From Myxococcales bacterium (GTDB lineage: Bacteria > Myxococcota_A > UBA9042), in NCBI GenBank assembly GCA_037441385.1, contig JBBISH010000077.1:1-32390 (forward strand): 32,390 bases of DNA, in the 5' to 3' direction. This document shows, in pieces, positions 17,214 to 26,229 of this stretch (its first letter is position 1; the number at the start of each line of letters is the position of its first letter). A program made the translations under genes and the position numbers. The notes beneath the pieces are model-generated. The model searched no databases and was not told where the DNA came from. It was given only the letters and a program-made list of their open reading frames with translations.

Positions 17214-19553
17214 ATGTACCAGCCCATCTCGTCGGATCTCTCTAACCTTTCGGCCCATTACGATGCCGTGGTCATCGGTTCGGGCTACGGCGGAGCCATC
17301 GCCGCCTGCCGTCTGGCGCAAGCGCGCAAGGCCGACGGATCGCGGCTGCGGGTGGCGGTCTTGGAGCGCGGCCGCGAATTCCTGCCGGGTCAGTACCCGC
17401 GAACTTCGCTGGAGTTTGCCGCCGAAGCCCAGTTCACCGCCTTGGACAAGGTGGTGGGCCGCCGCGACGGCCTGTTCGACTTCCGGGCCAACGGCGACCT
17501 GGCCACCATCTCGGCCTGTGGGCTGGGCGGCACTTCGCTCATCAACGCCGGGGTGGCCATCAAGCCGCTGCCGTGGGTGTTTGCCGACCCCGTGTGGCCG
17601 CAAGGCCTGCGCGACGACCTGGACGCGCTGTACCGGGGCATGGACACCGCCCACGCGATGTTGGGTCTGACGCCATATCCCGACGACCGACCGGTGCCGG
17701 GCAAGCTCAAGGCGCTGCAACTGTCGGCCAACACCATGGGCGCCAAATATTTTACCGCCGATGTGGCGTGCACGTTCACCGCCGGGGTCAACCAGGCGGG
17801 CGTCGCGATGGAGGCGTGCACCGGCTGCGGCGACTGCGTGATGGGCTGCAACGAGAACGCCAAAAACACCACTCTTTACAACTATCTGCCCCTGGCGCAT
17901 CGCCACGGCGCCCAGCTGTTCACGCAGGTGGAGGTGCGCCACCTGGAGCGGCGCGGCGACCACTGGCTGGTGCACTTTGCCTCGCTGATGGGCGACCGCG
18001 AGGACTTCACGACGGATCTGGGTTGCGTCTCCGCGGAGCTGGTGGTGCTGGGCGCCGGCACCCAGGGCACCAACGAGATCCTGATGCGCTCGCGCAGCCA
18101 GGGATTGCCGCTGTCGAACCAGCTGGGGCGGCGCTTTTCGGGCAACGGCGACGCCCTGGGCTTTGGCTACAACACCGACGTGGGCATCGACGCGGTCGGC
18201 TGCGGCTACGACAAGCCCGACCCCGCCAACCCGCCCGGGCCGTGCATCTCGGGCATCATCGACCTGCGCGAGAGCGAGGCCCGCCCCGACTTGGGCATGG
18301 TCATCATGGAGGGCGTGGTCCCGGCGACCTTCAAACCCTTTTTTGGCAGCGTGATGGCCGCCGAGGCAGCGCAGCGCGGACGCCCGACCCGCGACGAACT
18401 GGGCGAGACCGTGGACGGTCTGGTGCGCGAGGCTGAAGGGATCTTGCCCGGAATCTCGCCCGCCGTGCGCAACACGCAGACTTATCTGGTGATGTGCCAC
18501 GACGACAGTGGCGGCCACTTGGAGCTACACGACGGCGACCGCGTCCGCACGGTTTGGCCCAACGCCAGTCGCGACGAGTATTTGCAGGTGGTCGACGACC
18601 GACTTTTCCAGGCCACGTCGGCGCTGGGCGGCATCCACGTGCCGAATCCGACCTGGGGCGGCCACCTGATCGACAAGCTGATCACCTGCCACCCCCTGGG
18701 CGGTGCGATCATGGCCGAAGATGCCAGCCACGGTGTGACAAATCACAAAGGGCAAGTCTTTGCTGGAAAAACCGGTGACGCAGTCTACGACAACCTGCTG
18801 GTGACCGACGCGGCGGTGATGGCGCGCTCGCTGGGCGTCAACCCGCTGCTCACGATCTCGGGCATGGCCGAGCGGGCGCTGGACCACCTGCTGCGCGACC
18901 GCGGCTGGACCCGCGACGAGGCGTTGCCGCCGGCCCCCGAGCCGCGTCCGCAGACGGTCGGCGTGCGCTTTACCGAAAAGATGTCGGGCACTTTGGGGCT
19001 GGGCGACGAGGCGGCGTTCGAGCCGGACCTGATGCCCGATTCGGTGCTGAGCGGCGATGCGTCGTTTGTGGTATGCGTGCAGGCCGACGACTTGGATGCG
19101 GTGCTGGACCGCCCCGGCCACCGCGCGGCGCTGAGCGGCACGCTGCACTGCGAACTGCTGCACCCCGACCCGCTGCAGATCGAGGCGGGCCGCTTCGCGC
19201 TATTCGTCGCGGATCCCAGCAACCCGCAAGACCGGCTGATGCAATACCAATTCGTGGCGGTGGCCGAAGATGGTCGCTGCTGGTACCTGGACGGGGTCAA
19301 GACGCTGCAGGACGGCGCCGGTCTGGGGCTGATTCGGCAAAGCACGACGTTGCGCGTCACGTTGTACGAGGGCCGGCGTGCCGAGGGGCCGATCGCCGGC
19401 CGCGGCAGCCTCTATGTCCACGCTGGCGATCTGGCGCACTCGCTGACCACCTTGGAAGTGCTGGGCACCGACGACCTGGGCGAGAAGGCCAAAGCCCTGG
19501 CGCGGTGTGGGCAATTCTTCCTGGGCACCCTGGCCGAGCTGGCCGTGGAGTAG
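17214..19553 (+). CDS. GMC-family FAD oxidoreductase (cholesterol-oxidase-like) with extra C-terminal beta domain
   Basis: VVIGSGYGG FAD motif, LERG, GLGGTSLINA, CTGCGDCVMGC, TCHPLGG, GVNPLLTI. The C-terminal domain starts near GVRFTEKMSG. Confidence 0.9.
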   Translation: MYQPISSDLSNLSAHYDAVVIGSGYGGAIAACRLAQARKADGSRLRVAVLERGREFLPGQYPRTSLEFAAEAQFTALDKVVGRRDGLFDFRANGDLATISACGLGGTSLINAGVAIKPLPWVFADPVWPQGLRDDLDALYRGMDTAHAMLGLTPYPDDRPVPGKLKALQLSANTMGAKYFTADVACTFTAGVNQAGVAMEACTGCGDCVMGCNENAKNTTLYNYLPLAHRHGAQLFTQVEVRHLERRGDHWLVHFASLMGDREDFTTDLGCVSAELVVLGAGTQGTNEILMRSRSQGLPLSNQLGRRFSGNGDALGFGYNTDVGIDAVGCGYDKPDPANPPGPCISGIIDLRESEARPDLGMVIMEGVVPATFKPFFGSVMAAEAAQRGRPTRDELGETVDGLVREAEGILPGISPAVRNTQTYLVMCHDDSGGHLELHDGDRVRTVWPNASRDEYLQVVDDRLFQATSALGGIHVPNPTWGGHLIDKLITCHPLGGAIMAEDASHGVTNHKGQVFAGKTGDAVYDNLLVTDAAVMARSLGVNPLLTISGMAERALDHLLRDRGWTRDEALPPAPEPRPQTVGVRFTEKMSGTLGLGDEAAFEPDLMPDSVLSGDASFVVCVQADDLDAVLDRPGHRAALSGTLHCELLHPDPLQIEAGRFALFVADPSNPQDRLMQYQFVAVAEDGRCWYLDGVKTLQDGAGLGLIRQSTTLRVTLYEGRRAEGPIAGRGSLYVHAGDLAHSLTTLEVLGTDDLGEKAKALARCGQFFLGTLAELAVE

Positions 19554-19556
19554 CGT

Positions 19557-21839
19557 TTGCCGACACCCCATTCCGATGATCACGACGAGCCCGCGACCGG
19601 CAACCCGGCCGATCGCGGCCACCGCTTCCGCCGCCGGCTGCGCAACACCTGGCGAGGCGAGGTGCTTTGGCGCGTGGTGGTTGTGGTCGCCGCCGTGATT
19701 TTGGGCGGGATTGTCGACCGCTTCCCGGCCGCGCAAGAGCAGGTCTACGTCCTCAAGTTCATGGCCTTGGTGGCCGCGTCTGTGTTTTCGGCCACTTGGC
19801 CGATCATTGCGGCCGTCGAGATCGCCTTGGGCTTGGCTTGGTTGGTGATGGTCCACCGCGGCAACAGCGGTTGGCTGGCGCGCCTGACCGTAGACGCCAA
19901 TCGCACGCTCGGGCACGCCGAAGCACTGATTCCGTGGCTAGTTCTGGCGCTTTTGCTCGATGGCCCCACCTGGGTCCGCTTTGGCATGGGCGCGGCGGTG
20001 GTGGCGTGGGGGCCGCGCGCGCTGGACCGCGTGGTGATGCTCTGGGGGCGGCGCACCGGGCGCGGCGAGCTCGAATCGTCGCAAGTGCAGCGGTATCGCC
20101 GACTTCCTATGTATGTGGCGACTCTGCTGGCCACGGGCATCATCCTGAGCCTGGCGCCCGGTCAGGCGCGGGCGATGTTGCCCTCTGCCGGCGTGGTGTT
20201 GGCGGGCATGGCGTTGCGCTTGTCGGCGACGTGGCAGGCTACGCGCCGCAACAGCGGGCTGACCCACCGCCAGTGGAGCCAGGTCATCGACGTCGCGCTG
20301 GCGTTGGGGGCTGTCGCCATCGTGGGTTACGGCTCGTGGCTGCTGTGCCGACCCAACCCGCAACTGGCCTTTGCCGCCCGCGTCAGCGCCGCGGAGTGTG
20401 CGCCCGAGCCGGCCGAGCCCGCCAAAATCGCCGTGATGCTGGTGGCCGACACGCAGTTCCACGAGCTGCGCGGCCAGCGTTCGGCGGCGCACCTGCCGAT
20501 GGTCGACGCGGTGGTGCCGGTGGCGGTGCGGCCGGTGGCGCTGGACCTGTTGGCGGGCGTGACCCTGGACCACTTTGCCATGCTGTTTCGCCGCTACGTG
20601 GACAGCCACGCGAGCACGCAGACCAGCTACGCTTTCTTGGGCGACTTGGCCGACATCGGCTGCACCAGCGAGATCGAGCGCTATCCTGCCTATTTCGCGC
20701 GCTTTGAGCCGCCGGGCTGGCTGGGCGGGTCGGGGCACTTGGCGGGCATCGCGCCGGGCAACCACGACAACACGTTTGTGGGCAATTTTGCCTGGCACCC
20801 CGATTGGGACACCGCCTGCCACCTGGACATGCCGGCGGGCGGCAGCGGCGCGCGCCTGGACAAGCGCAGTTCGGACGAGGCGATCGCCAAGCTGGTCAAG
20901 CAGTTCGGCTCGGTGGGCGTGACGATGCCCCGCGAGCCGGTGCGCGGTTTTGCCGCTTGGGTCGAGGGGCGCACGACGTTGCCGATGGTCTCGAAACTAG
21001 GCGTGTTGCCGGGCGCCGTGCCGCGGCCGGTGTACGCCGTCTTTGTGGATACGGGCGACAGTGCACTGTGGCAGTACGGGGTCGCCGGCTCGCAGGGGCA
21101 TGTGTCGTCGGCCCAAATCGACTTTGTGCGCGATGCGGTGCCGGCCCAGGCCCTGGTGATCCTGATGATGCACCACCCGTTGGATCAGCTGGGGATTTTC
21201 TCGCGGTTGCGGCTCGCCGAACTGGCCGAGAGCTGGGGCCCGCGGCTGCTGCTGGTGGTGTCGGCCCACACCCACCGCTCGGCATGGCACCCCCACGCGG
21301 CGCTGGGCAGCGTGGAGATGGGCGAATTCACCGTCGGTTCGACGACGGACCCTACGCAAGAAGTAGGAATGCTCGAAATCCGCGGTAGCGCCGAAGCGCC
21401 GCGCCTTCATTTGGCCACGGTGCCTGCGGTGCAACGTCCGGGCATGGATTGCGTGCAGTGGAGCGACCTGGATTCGGCCACCTGCGACCACGAACTGGCC
21501 GATCTGGCGGTCAACTGTCCAAAACTGCTCGAAGACGACTGGCGGGTCAGCTTGCACACGCCCGCCGAGATGACGGAACACCAGCGCGACCTGGCGCAAG
21601 CGATGTTTGCCTGCCTGGGGGTCACGACGCCGGGCCAACCGCTGGACGCCGAGGTCTATACGGCCTGGGCGGCGCGCGACGAGGCCATTCGCCGGCGTTT
21701 TGTCTGCCTGTCGTGGGCCGCGTCGATCCTGCAGCGGCACAAGGTGGATGCCTGGCGCTACACCGACGCAGTGCGCTGCGCGGGCGAAAAATCCGCGACC
21801 TTGGGCGGGTTTGCCGTGGATGTGGTTCGCACGCTGTAG
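19557..21839 (+). CDS. Membrane-anchored calcineurin-like metallophosphoesterase
   Basis: Several N-terminal hydrophobic segments, then motifs DTQFH, GDLAD, GNHD, HHP and AHTH. TTG start 3 nt after the GMC gene stop. Confidence 0.82.
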   Translation: MPTPHSDDHDEPATGNPADRGHRFRRRLRNTWRGEVLWRVVVVVAAVILGGIVDRFPAAQEQVYVLKFMALVAASVFSATWPIIAAVEIALGLAWLVMVHRGNSGWLARLTVDANRTLGHAEALIPWLVLALLLDGPTWVRFGMGAAVVAWGPRALDRVVMLWGRRTGRGELESSQVQRYRRLPMYVATLLATGIILSLAPGQARAMLPSAGVVLAGMALRLSATWQATRRNSGLTHRQWSQVIDVALALGAVAIVGYGSWLLCRPNPQLAFAARVSAAECAPEPAEPAKIAVMLVADTQFHELRGQRSAAHLPMVDAVVPVAVRPVALDLLAGVTLDHFAMLFRRYVDSHASTQTSYAFLGDLADIGCTSEIERYPAYFARFEPPGWLGGSGHLAGIAPGNHDNTFVGNFAWHPDWDTACHLDMPAGGSGARLDKRSSDEAIAKLVKQFGSVGVTMPREPVRGFAAWVEGRTTLPMVSKLGVLPGAVPRPVYAVFVDTGDSALWQYGVAGSQGHVSSAQIDFVRDAVPAQALVILMMHHPLDQLGIFSRLRLAELAESWGPRLLLVVSAHTHRSAWHPHAALGSVEMGEFTVGSTTDPTQEVGMLEIRGSAEAPRLHLATVPAVQRPGMDCVQWSDLDSATCDHELADLAVNCPKLLEDDWRVSLHTPAEMTEHQRDLAQAMFACLGVTTPGQPLDAEVYTAWAARDEAIRRRFVCLSWAASILQRHKVDAWRYTDAVRCAGEKSATLGGFAVDVVRTL

Positions 21840-21869
21840 GCGGCCGAGCGGGTCGCCCCGGAGACGCCG

Positions 21870-22379
21870 ATGACCATCGCCCCGACTGAGCCGACCTACC
21901 CGCAGTGGCGGTTTCGCTCGCAGCGCAACCTGACCCTGCGCTTCGTGACGCTGGTGTGTGCGGCGCCGGTGCCGCTGACGGTGTGGCTGTTGACGCTGGC
22001 GCCAGCGGAAGAGTGGCGCGAGGGGCCGTTTGGCCCGGCGCTGTGGTGGCTGCTGCCGGCCTTCTTGCTGGCTCTGGCCGCGGCCTTGCCGGCGTCGCTG
22101 CTGCTGCTGCACGACCGCTATGTCCTGGCACTGGAGCAACTGGCGCAGAATCGCTGGCGCCTAACCACGTTTGTGCTGTGGGGGGTGCGGCGCCGCGAAC
22201 TGGACTACGATCCGCTGCAGTCGGCCAAGATCCGCTATGTTCCCGGCACATTCGACAGTATGTGGGCGCCGAGCGTGGACGCACCGTACCTGAACGTGAC
22301 GTGCAGCGATGGGCGGCGGCTGATTTTTGACATGCAGGGGGAGTGGCGGCTGGCGCGGCCCGGGGCGCTCAAGGGCTGA
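21870..22379 (+). CDS. Hypothetical membrane protein (2 TM plus small beta-rich domain)
   Basis: GGAG RBS; two hydrophobic helices; co-directional with its neighbours. Confidence 0.65.
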   Translation: MTIAPTEPTYPQWRFRSQRNLTLRFVTLVCAAPVPLTVWLLTLAPAEEWREGPFGPALWWLLPAFLLALAAALPASLLLLHDRYVLALEQLAQNRWRLTTFVLWGVRRRELDYDPLQSAKIRYVPGTFDSMWAPSVDAPYLNVTCSDGRRLIFDMQGEWRLARPGALKG

Positions 22380-22539
22380 AGCTGCGGGTGCATACCGGCT
22401 GCCGGCCCCTGCCCTGCGGACGTGCGCCAGCGCAGCCTTTGCATCGCGCTTGGTTGCGCGCCGCCGGTTGCGGGCGGTCCTGGGGTCCGCTAAACAGGCG
22501 GCCGCCGTGCAGGGTGAGCACCGCAGCAAGGACACAGCC

Positions 22540-23541
22540 ATGACAGAGACCACGCCGCATTGGTCGCAATTGCGCGACCAGGCGTCGCAGGCGGGCTGCT
22601 ATGAGTACCGCCCTTGGCGCGCAATGGCGGCGTTGGTGGCCAACTGGGCCGGGGCTATGGCAGGGTTTGCGCTGGCGTCGCAAGGGGGCGTGTGGCTGCT
22701 GGCGTTTGCGCCGGCGTCGCTGCTGTTCTACCGCCTGGGCTGGCTCATGCACGACGGTGCCCACGGCGCGGTGTTTGGACAACCCAAGGCCGACCGGGTG
22801 TTCACGCTGGTGGCGTGCTTGGCGCTGGGCGAGTTTGCCTCGGGCTGGCAGTACGGCCACAACCGCCACCACGGCGCGCCGAACGTGCGCGGGGTCGACA
22901 GCGACCAGTCCGAGCGCTGGAGTGCGGCCCACACCTTCCACTCCAAGGCCGTTGCCGCAGTGGCGCTGTTCTGGCTGGTGCGGGTGGGCAAGCTGTGGTT
23001 GCCCAAGAGCCTGATCCTGCTGGGGCTTCGCGACGGCGTGTACGCCTATCGCTACCGCCGCGACCGTTTTGCGGTCGAACTAGCGGTGGTGCTGGTCAGC
23101 CATACGCTGCAAATTGCGGGTTTCTGCTGGCTGTTTGGTGCGGCGGGGCCGCTGGCGTGGCTGGTGAACACGCATCTGGGGATGGTGTACCTCAACGCCG
23201 TGTTTGCCGGAAACCACTACGACTTGCCCAGCTTTGAAGCGGGTGCGCAAAAACACATCGACTTCGCCAAGCTGCAGATTGTGACGAGTCGCAACTACCA
23301 AGGTGGTTGGTGGGTGCGGTTCTTGTGCGGCGGCCTGGAGCACCAGATCGAGCACCACCTGTTCCCCACCATGCCGCGCCACGGCACGCTGCGCGCCGAG
23401 CCGCTGGTCCGCCGCTATTGCGCTGAGCGCGGGCTACCCTACGGCGAGCTGCCGCTGCTCGCCTCGCTGGCGCGCGTGCCCGACTTCCACCTGTACCCGC
23501 TGCACGACCGCCTGATCCGCGGCACCGCGGCGCAGCCCTAA
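22540..23541 (+). CDS. Membrane fatty acid desaturase, front-end type
   Basis: Three His boxes HDGAH, HNRHH and QIEHH (GGLEHQIEHHLFPTMPR); AAGGA RBS before ATG 22540; no fused cytochrome b5. Confidence 0.92.
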   Translation: MTETTPHWSQLRDQASQAGCYEYRPWRAMAALVANWAGAMAGFALASQGGVWLLAFAPASLLFYRLGWLMHDGAHGAVFGQPKADRVFTLVACLALGEFASGWQYGHNRHHGAPNVRGVDSDQSERWSAAHTFHSKAVAAVALFWLVRVGKLWLPKSLILLGLRDGVYAYRYRRDRFAVELAVVLVSHTLQIAGFCWLFGAAGPLAWLVNTHLGMVYLNAVFAGNHYDLPSFEAGAQKHIDFAKLQIVTSRNYQGGWWVRFLCGGLEHQIEHHLFPTMPRHGTLRAEPLVRRYCAERGLPYGELPLLASLARVPDFHLYPLHDRLIRGTAAQP

Positions 23542-23565
23542 CGATCCCGCACAGGAGCATCCCCC

Positions 23566-26229
23566 ATGCCAACCGAGCTGCATGTCGCTCGCCCTGAGGA
23601 GCACGGCCCCGCGCCCACAGCCCATCCGGACCCAGAGGGGCCACACCTCGAAGTGCTGCTCACCGGGGCTACGGGATTTGTGGGCAAGGTGGTGCTTGCC
23701 GAATTGCTGCGCCGTCGCGACGAGTTGGGGATTGCCCGCGTCTGGCTGGCCATTCGCCCGCGGCGCGGCAAGCCGGCCCAAGAGCGCTTTGACACCACGC
23801 TTGCCGCCTCGCCTTGCTTTGCGCGTCACGAGCCCGGCTGGCAGCGCGCTTGCCAGGTGGTGGCAGGCGACCTGTGCGACGCGTACGCTGGGTTGAGGCA
23901 AACGGACCGGGCTCTCTTGGCCGACCACGTCACCCACATCATCCACTGCGCGGCGTCGGTCGACTTTGACCTGCCCATCGCCGAAGCGGCGCGGGCCAAC
24001 ATCCAAAGTGCCTTGAACGTGTTGGAGCTGGCCCAGTCGTTGCCCAAGCTGCGCGCCATGGTGGATGTGTCGACCGCCTATGTGACGCCGCATCGCCAAG
24101 CCAACGGCGCGGGCGTGGCCGAGCTGGTGCCGCTGCCCCGGCCCGCCAGCGTGTTGTATCAGGCGATCCTGGACGGGCAAGTTCCAGAAAAGCAGCTACT
24201 TGCCGAGACGGGGCACCCCAACACCTACACCTATACCAAGTGCCTGGCCGAGCACCTGCTCAGCGAGCGCAAGGGCTCGGTGCCCTTGACGATTGTGCGC
24301 CCCAGCATCGTCAGTGCCGCCTGGGAGCACCCGTTTGCCGGCTGGATCGACAGCCACGCCGCCTTTGCCGGGTTCGTGGCGCTGTTTGGCATGGGCTACC
24401 TCCACGAAATCGTGGCCGATCCGCAAGTTCGTCTGGACCTGGTGCCAGTCGACGTCGTGGCGGCCGAGGCCATCGATGCCGCGCTGCAGGGTGATCCGCA
24501 GCGGCCCATTCGCTACGCCGCGGCGGGGTTGCAGGGCGCCAGCCGCATCGGAATGATCGTGGAGCGGGCGGTGGACTATTACAGCCGCCACCCCGCCGGG
24601 CGCCGCGTGACCCCCACCGCCCACGCGGTGCGGACGCCGGTGGTGCGCGCCCGCGAGCTGCTGCGCCACACCTTGCCCACCCAGGCCGCGCGCGCCTGGC
24701 TGTCGGCCACGGGGCGCCCCAAGCAGGCCAAACAGGCGGCTAAACTAAGCGAAAAACTGGCGTATCTGAATCAGGCCTTCCCGGCGTTTTCGTGCCGCGA
24801 GTATGCGTTTGCGCCGTGCCCGCCGCTGCCGGCCGGGTACTCGCCCGAGGTCTACGTCGACCGCATCTACGCCGGGATCTATCGGCATTTGCTAGGCAAG
24901 AGCGAGCGCGAAGTGGCGGTGGCGGGCCGGCGCCACGCCCAGAGCGAGAGCGACTTGGGGTTTGCCCTGGGCCGGCCGCGCGGCGGCTTGGTGGTGCGGT
25001 CGCTGGGGTATGCCCTGCGCAAGGCGCTGCGGCGGGCGGCCGACGTGGTGACCTTTGACCGGCCGTCGTTCGAGGCAGCGCTGGCCCAGGTGCCGCCGGG
25101 CGACACGCTGGTGGTGGTGCCGACCCACCGCAGCTACCTGGATTCGCTGCTTTGTTCGTATTTGTTCTTTGCCGAACCGGCGCTAGGGGTCGACATGCCG
25201 CTGGCGCTGCCACAGGTCGACCACGGCGAGCCCGATTGGCACGACCGCCTGAGCGCGCGGACCCAGGGCGGCGCGGCGCTGCAGTTCTTTGTGGAGGGAG
25301 GGCGTGGGCAGGCGCGGCGTTTTCACGCGCCCAGCGTGGCGCTGCTGCGGGCGCTGCAGGCCAGCGGACGCCCGTATTCGCTGCTGCCGGTGGCGGTGGC
25401 CTACGATCGAATGATCGAAGAGCGATTGATTCATCACGAGTTGCACCCCGACGCGCGCGTGACGGCGGCGGACTTGCTCGACCTGGCCCAGGGTCTGCGG
25501 CGGCGCCACGTGGAGCTGGGGCGGGTCCACCTGGCAGCCGGCGCGCCGGTGCGCTTGACCCCGCAAAGCCCGGTGCGGCAAGCGGCGCAGTCGGTGTTGG
25601 GCGAGTTGCAGCGGCAGACGGTGACGACCACCTTTCACCTCCGGGCGTTTTTGGCCCGGCAACCGGTTGAGCACGCCACGCTGGAGTGGCTGCGCGACGT
25701 GTTGGTGCAGCGCGGGCTGACGGTGCTCGACAGTGGCCTGGGCGGCGAGGAGCAGTTGCCGGCCACGGTAGAGGGCGGCCTGCGTCACCACTGGCGCCAC
25801 GCCCTGTACCCCGAGGCGCTGGTGCGGTGGCCCGAGCATCCGGTGGTGGCCCACCACGTGGCGCGGCACGGCGCGGGCCTGCCGGGGCGGCCCGTCGACC
25901 CGGCGAGCCTGGAAGATCCGCGCTTGCCGGCGCTGCTGGACGCGCTGTTTCTGCCTCTGATTGAAGATGTTGCGCGGGTGCTGCAACTGGTGGGGCCGGC
26001 CCACGCGCCGCTTGGCGACCTGAGCCTGCGCCAACTGCGCCGCGACCTGCCAGAGGCCCCAGCCGAGCACTTGCACGACGCGTTGGCGCTGCTCAGCGAG
26101 CGAGGCATCCTGATGCGCGACCACGACTTGCACGATTGGCACTGGGGGCCGGCGGCCGAGACGCTCGCCGACCTGGCCGCCCGCTGTGGCGACGGGCAGG
26201 GCGCCGCAGTCGAGCGTTCGGCGGCATGA
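23566..26229 (+). CDS. Fatty acyl-CoA reductase fused to a PlsB/GNPAT-like glycerolipid acyltransferase domain
   Basis: TGATGFVGK, IIHCAASVDFD, VSTAY, PNTYTYTK (YxxxK) and RPSIV of the FAR family; then PTHRSYLD (HxxxxD), FFVEGGR and PV.VAYDR of acyltransferases. AGGAG RBS. Confidence 0.9.
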   Translation: MPTELHVARPEEHGPAPTAHPDPEGPHLEVLLTGATGFVGKVVLAELLRRRDELGIARVWLAIRPRRGKPAQERFDTTLAASPCFARHEPGWQRACQVVAGDLCDAYAGLRQTDRALLADHVTHIIHCAASVDFDLPIAEAARANIQSALNVLELAQSLPKLRAMVDVSTAYVTPHRQANGAGVAELVPLPRPASVLYQAILDGQVPEKQLLAETGHPNTYTYTKCLAEHLLSERKGSVPLTIVRPSIVSAAWEHPFAGWIDSHAAFAGFVALFGMGYLHEIVADPQVRLDLVPVDVVAAEAIDAALQGDPQRPIRYAAAGLQGASRIGMIVERAVDYYSRHPAGRRVTPTAHAVRTPVVRARELLRHTLPTQAARAWLSATGRPKQAKQAAKLSEKLAYLNQAFPAFSCREYAFAPCPPLPAGYSPEVYVDRIYAGIYRHLLGKSEREVAVAGRRHAQSESDLGFALGRPRGGLVVRSLGYALRKALRRAADVVTFDRPSFEAALAQVPPGDTLVVVPTHRSYLDSLLCSYLFFAEPALGVDMPLALPQVDHGEPDWHDRLSARTQGGAALQFFVEGGRGQARRFHAPSVALLRALQASGRPYSLLPVAVAYDRMIEERLIHHELHPDARVTAADLLDLAQGLRRRHVELGRVHLAAGAPVRLTPQSPVRQAAQSVLGELQRQTVTTTFHLRAFLARQPVEHATLEWLRDVLVQRGLTVLDSGLGGEEQLPATVEGGLRHHWRHALYPEALVRWPEHPVVAHHVARHGAGLPGRPVDPASLEDPRLPALLDALFLPLIEDVARVLQLVGPAHAPLGDLSLRQLRRDLPEAPAEHLHDALALLSERGILMRDHDLHDWHWGPAAETLADLAARCGDGQGAAVERSAA

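Noticed and set aside
17214..19553. Alkyl-DHAP synthase role for the FAD enzyme
   Set aside because: The motifs are GMC family, not the vanillyl-alcohol-oxidase-type FAD fold of AGPS.
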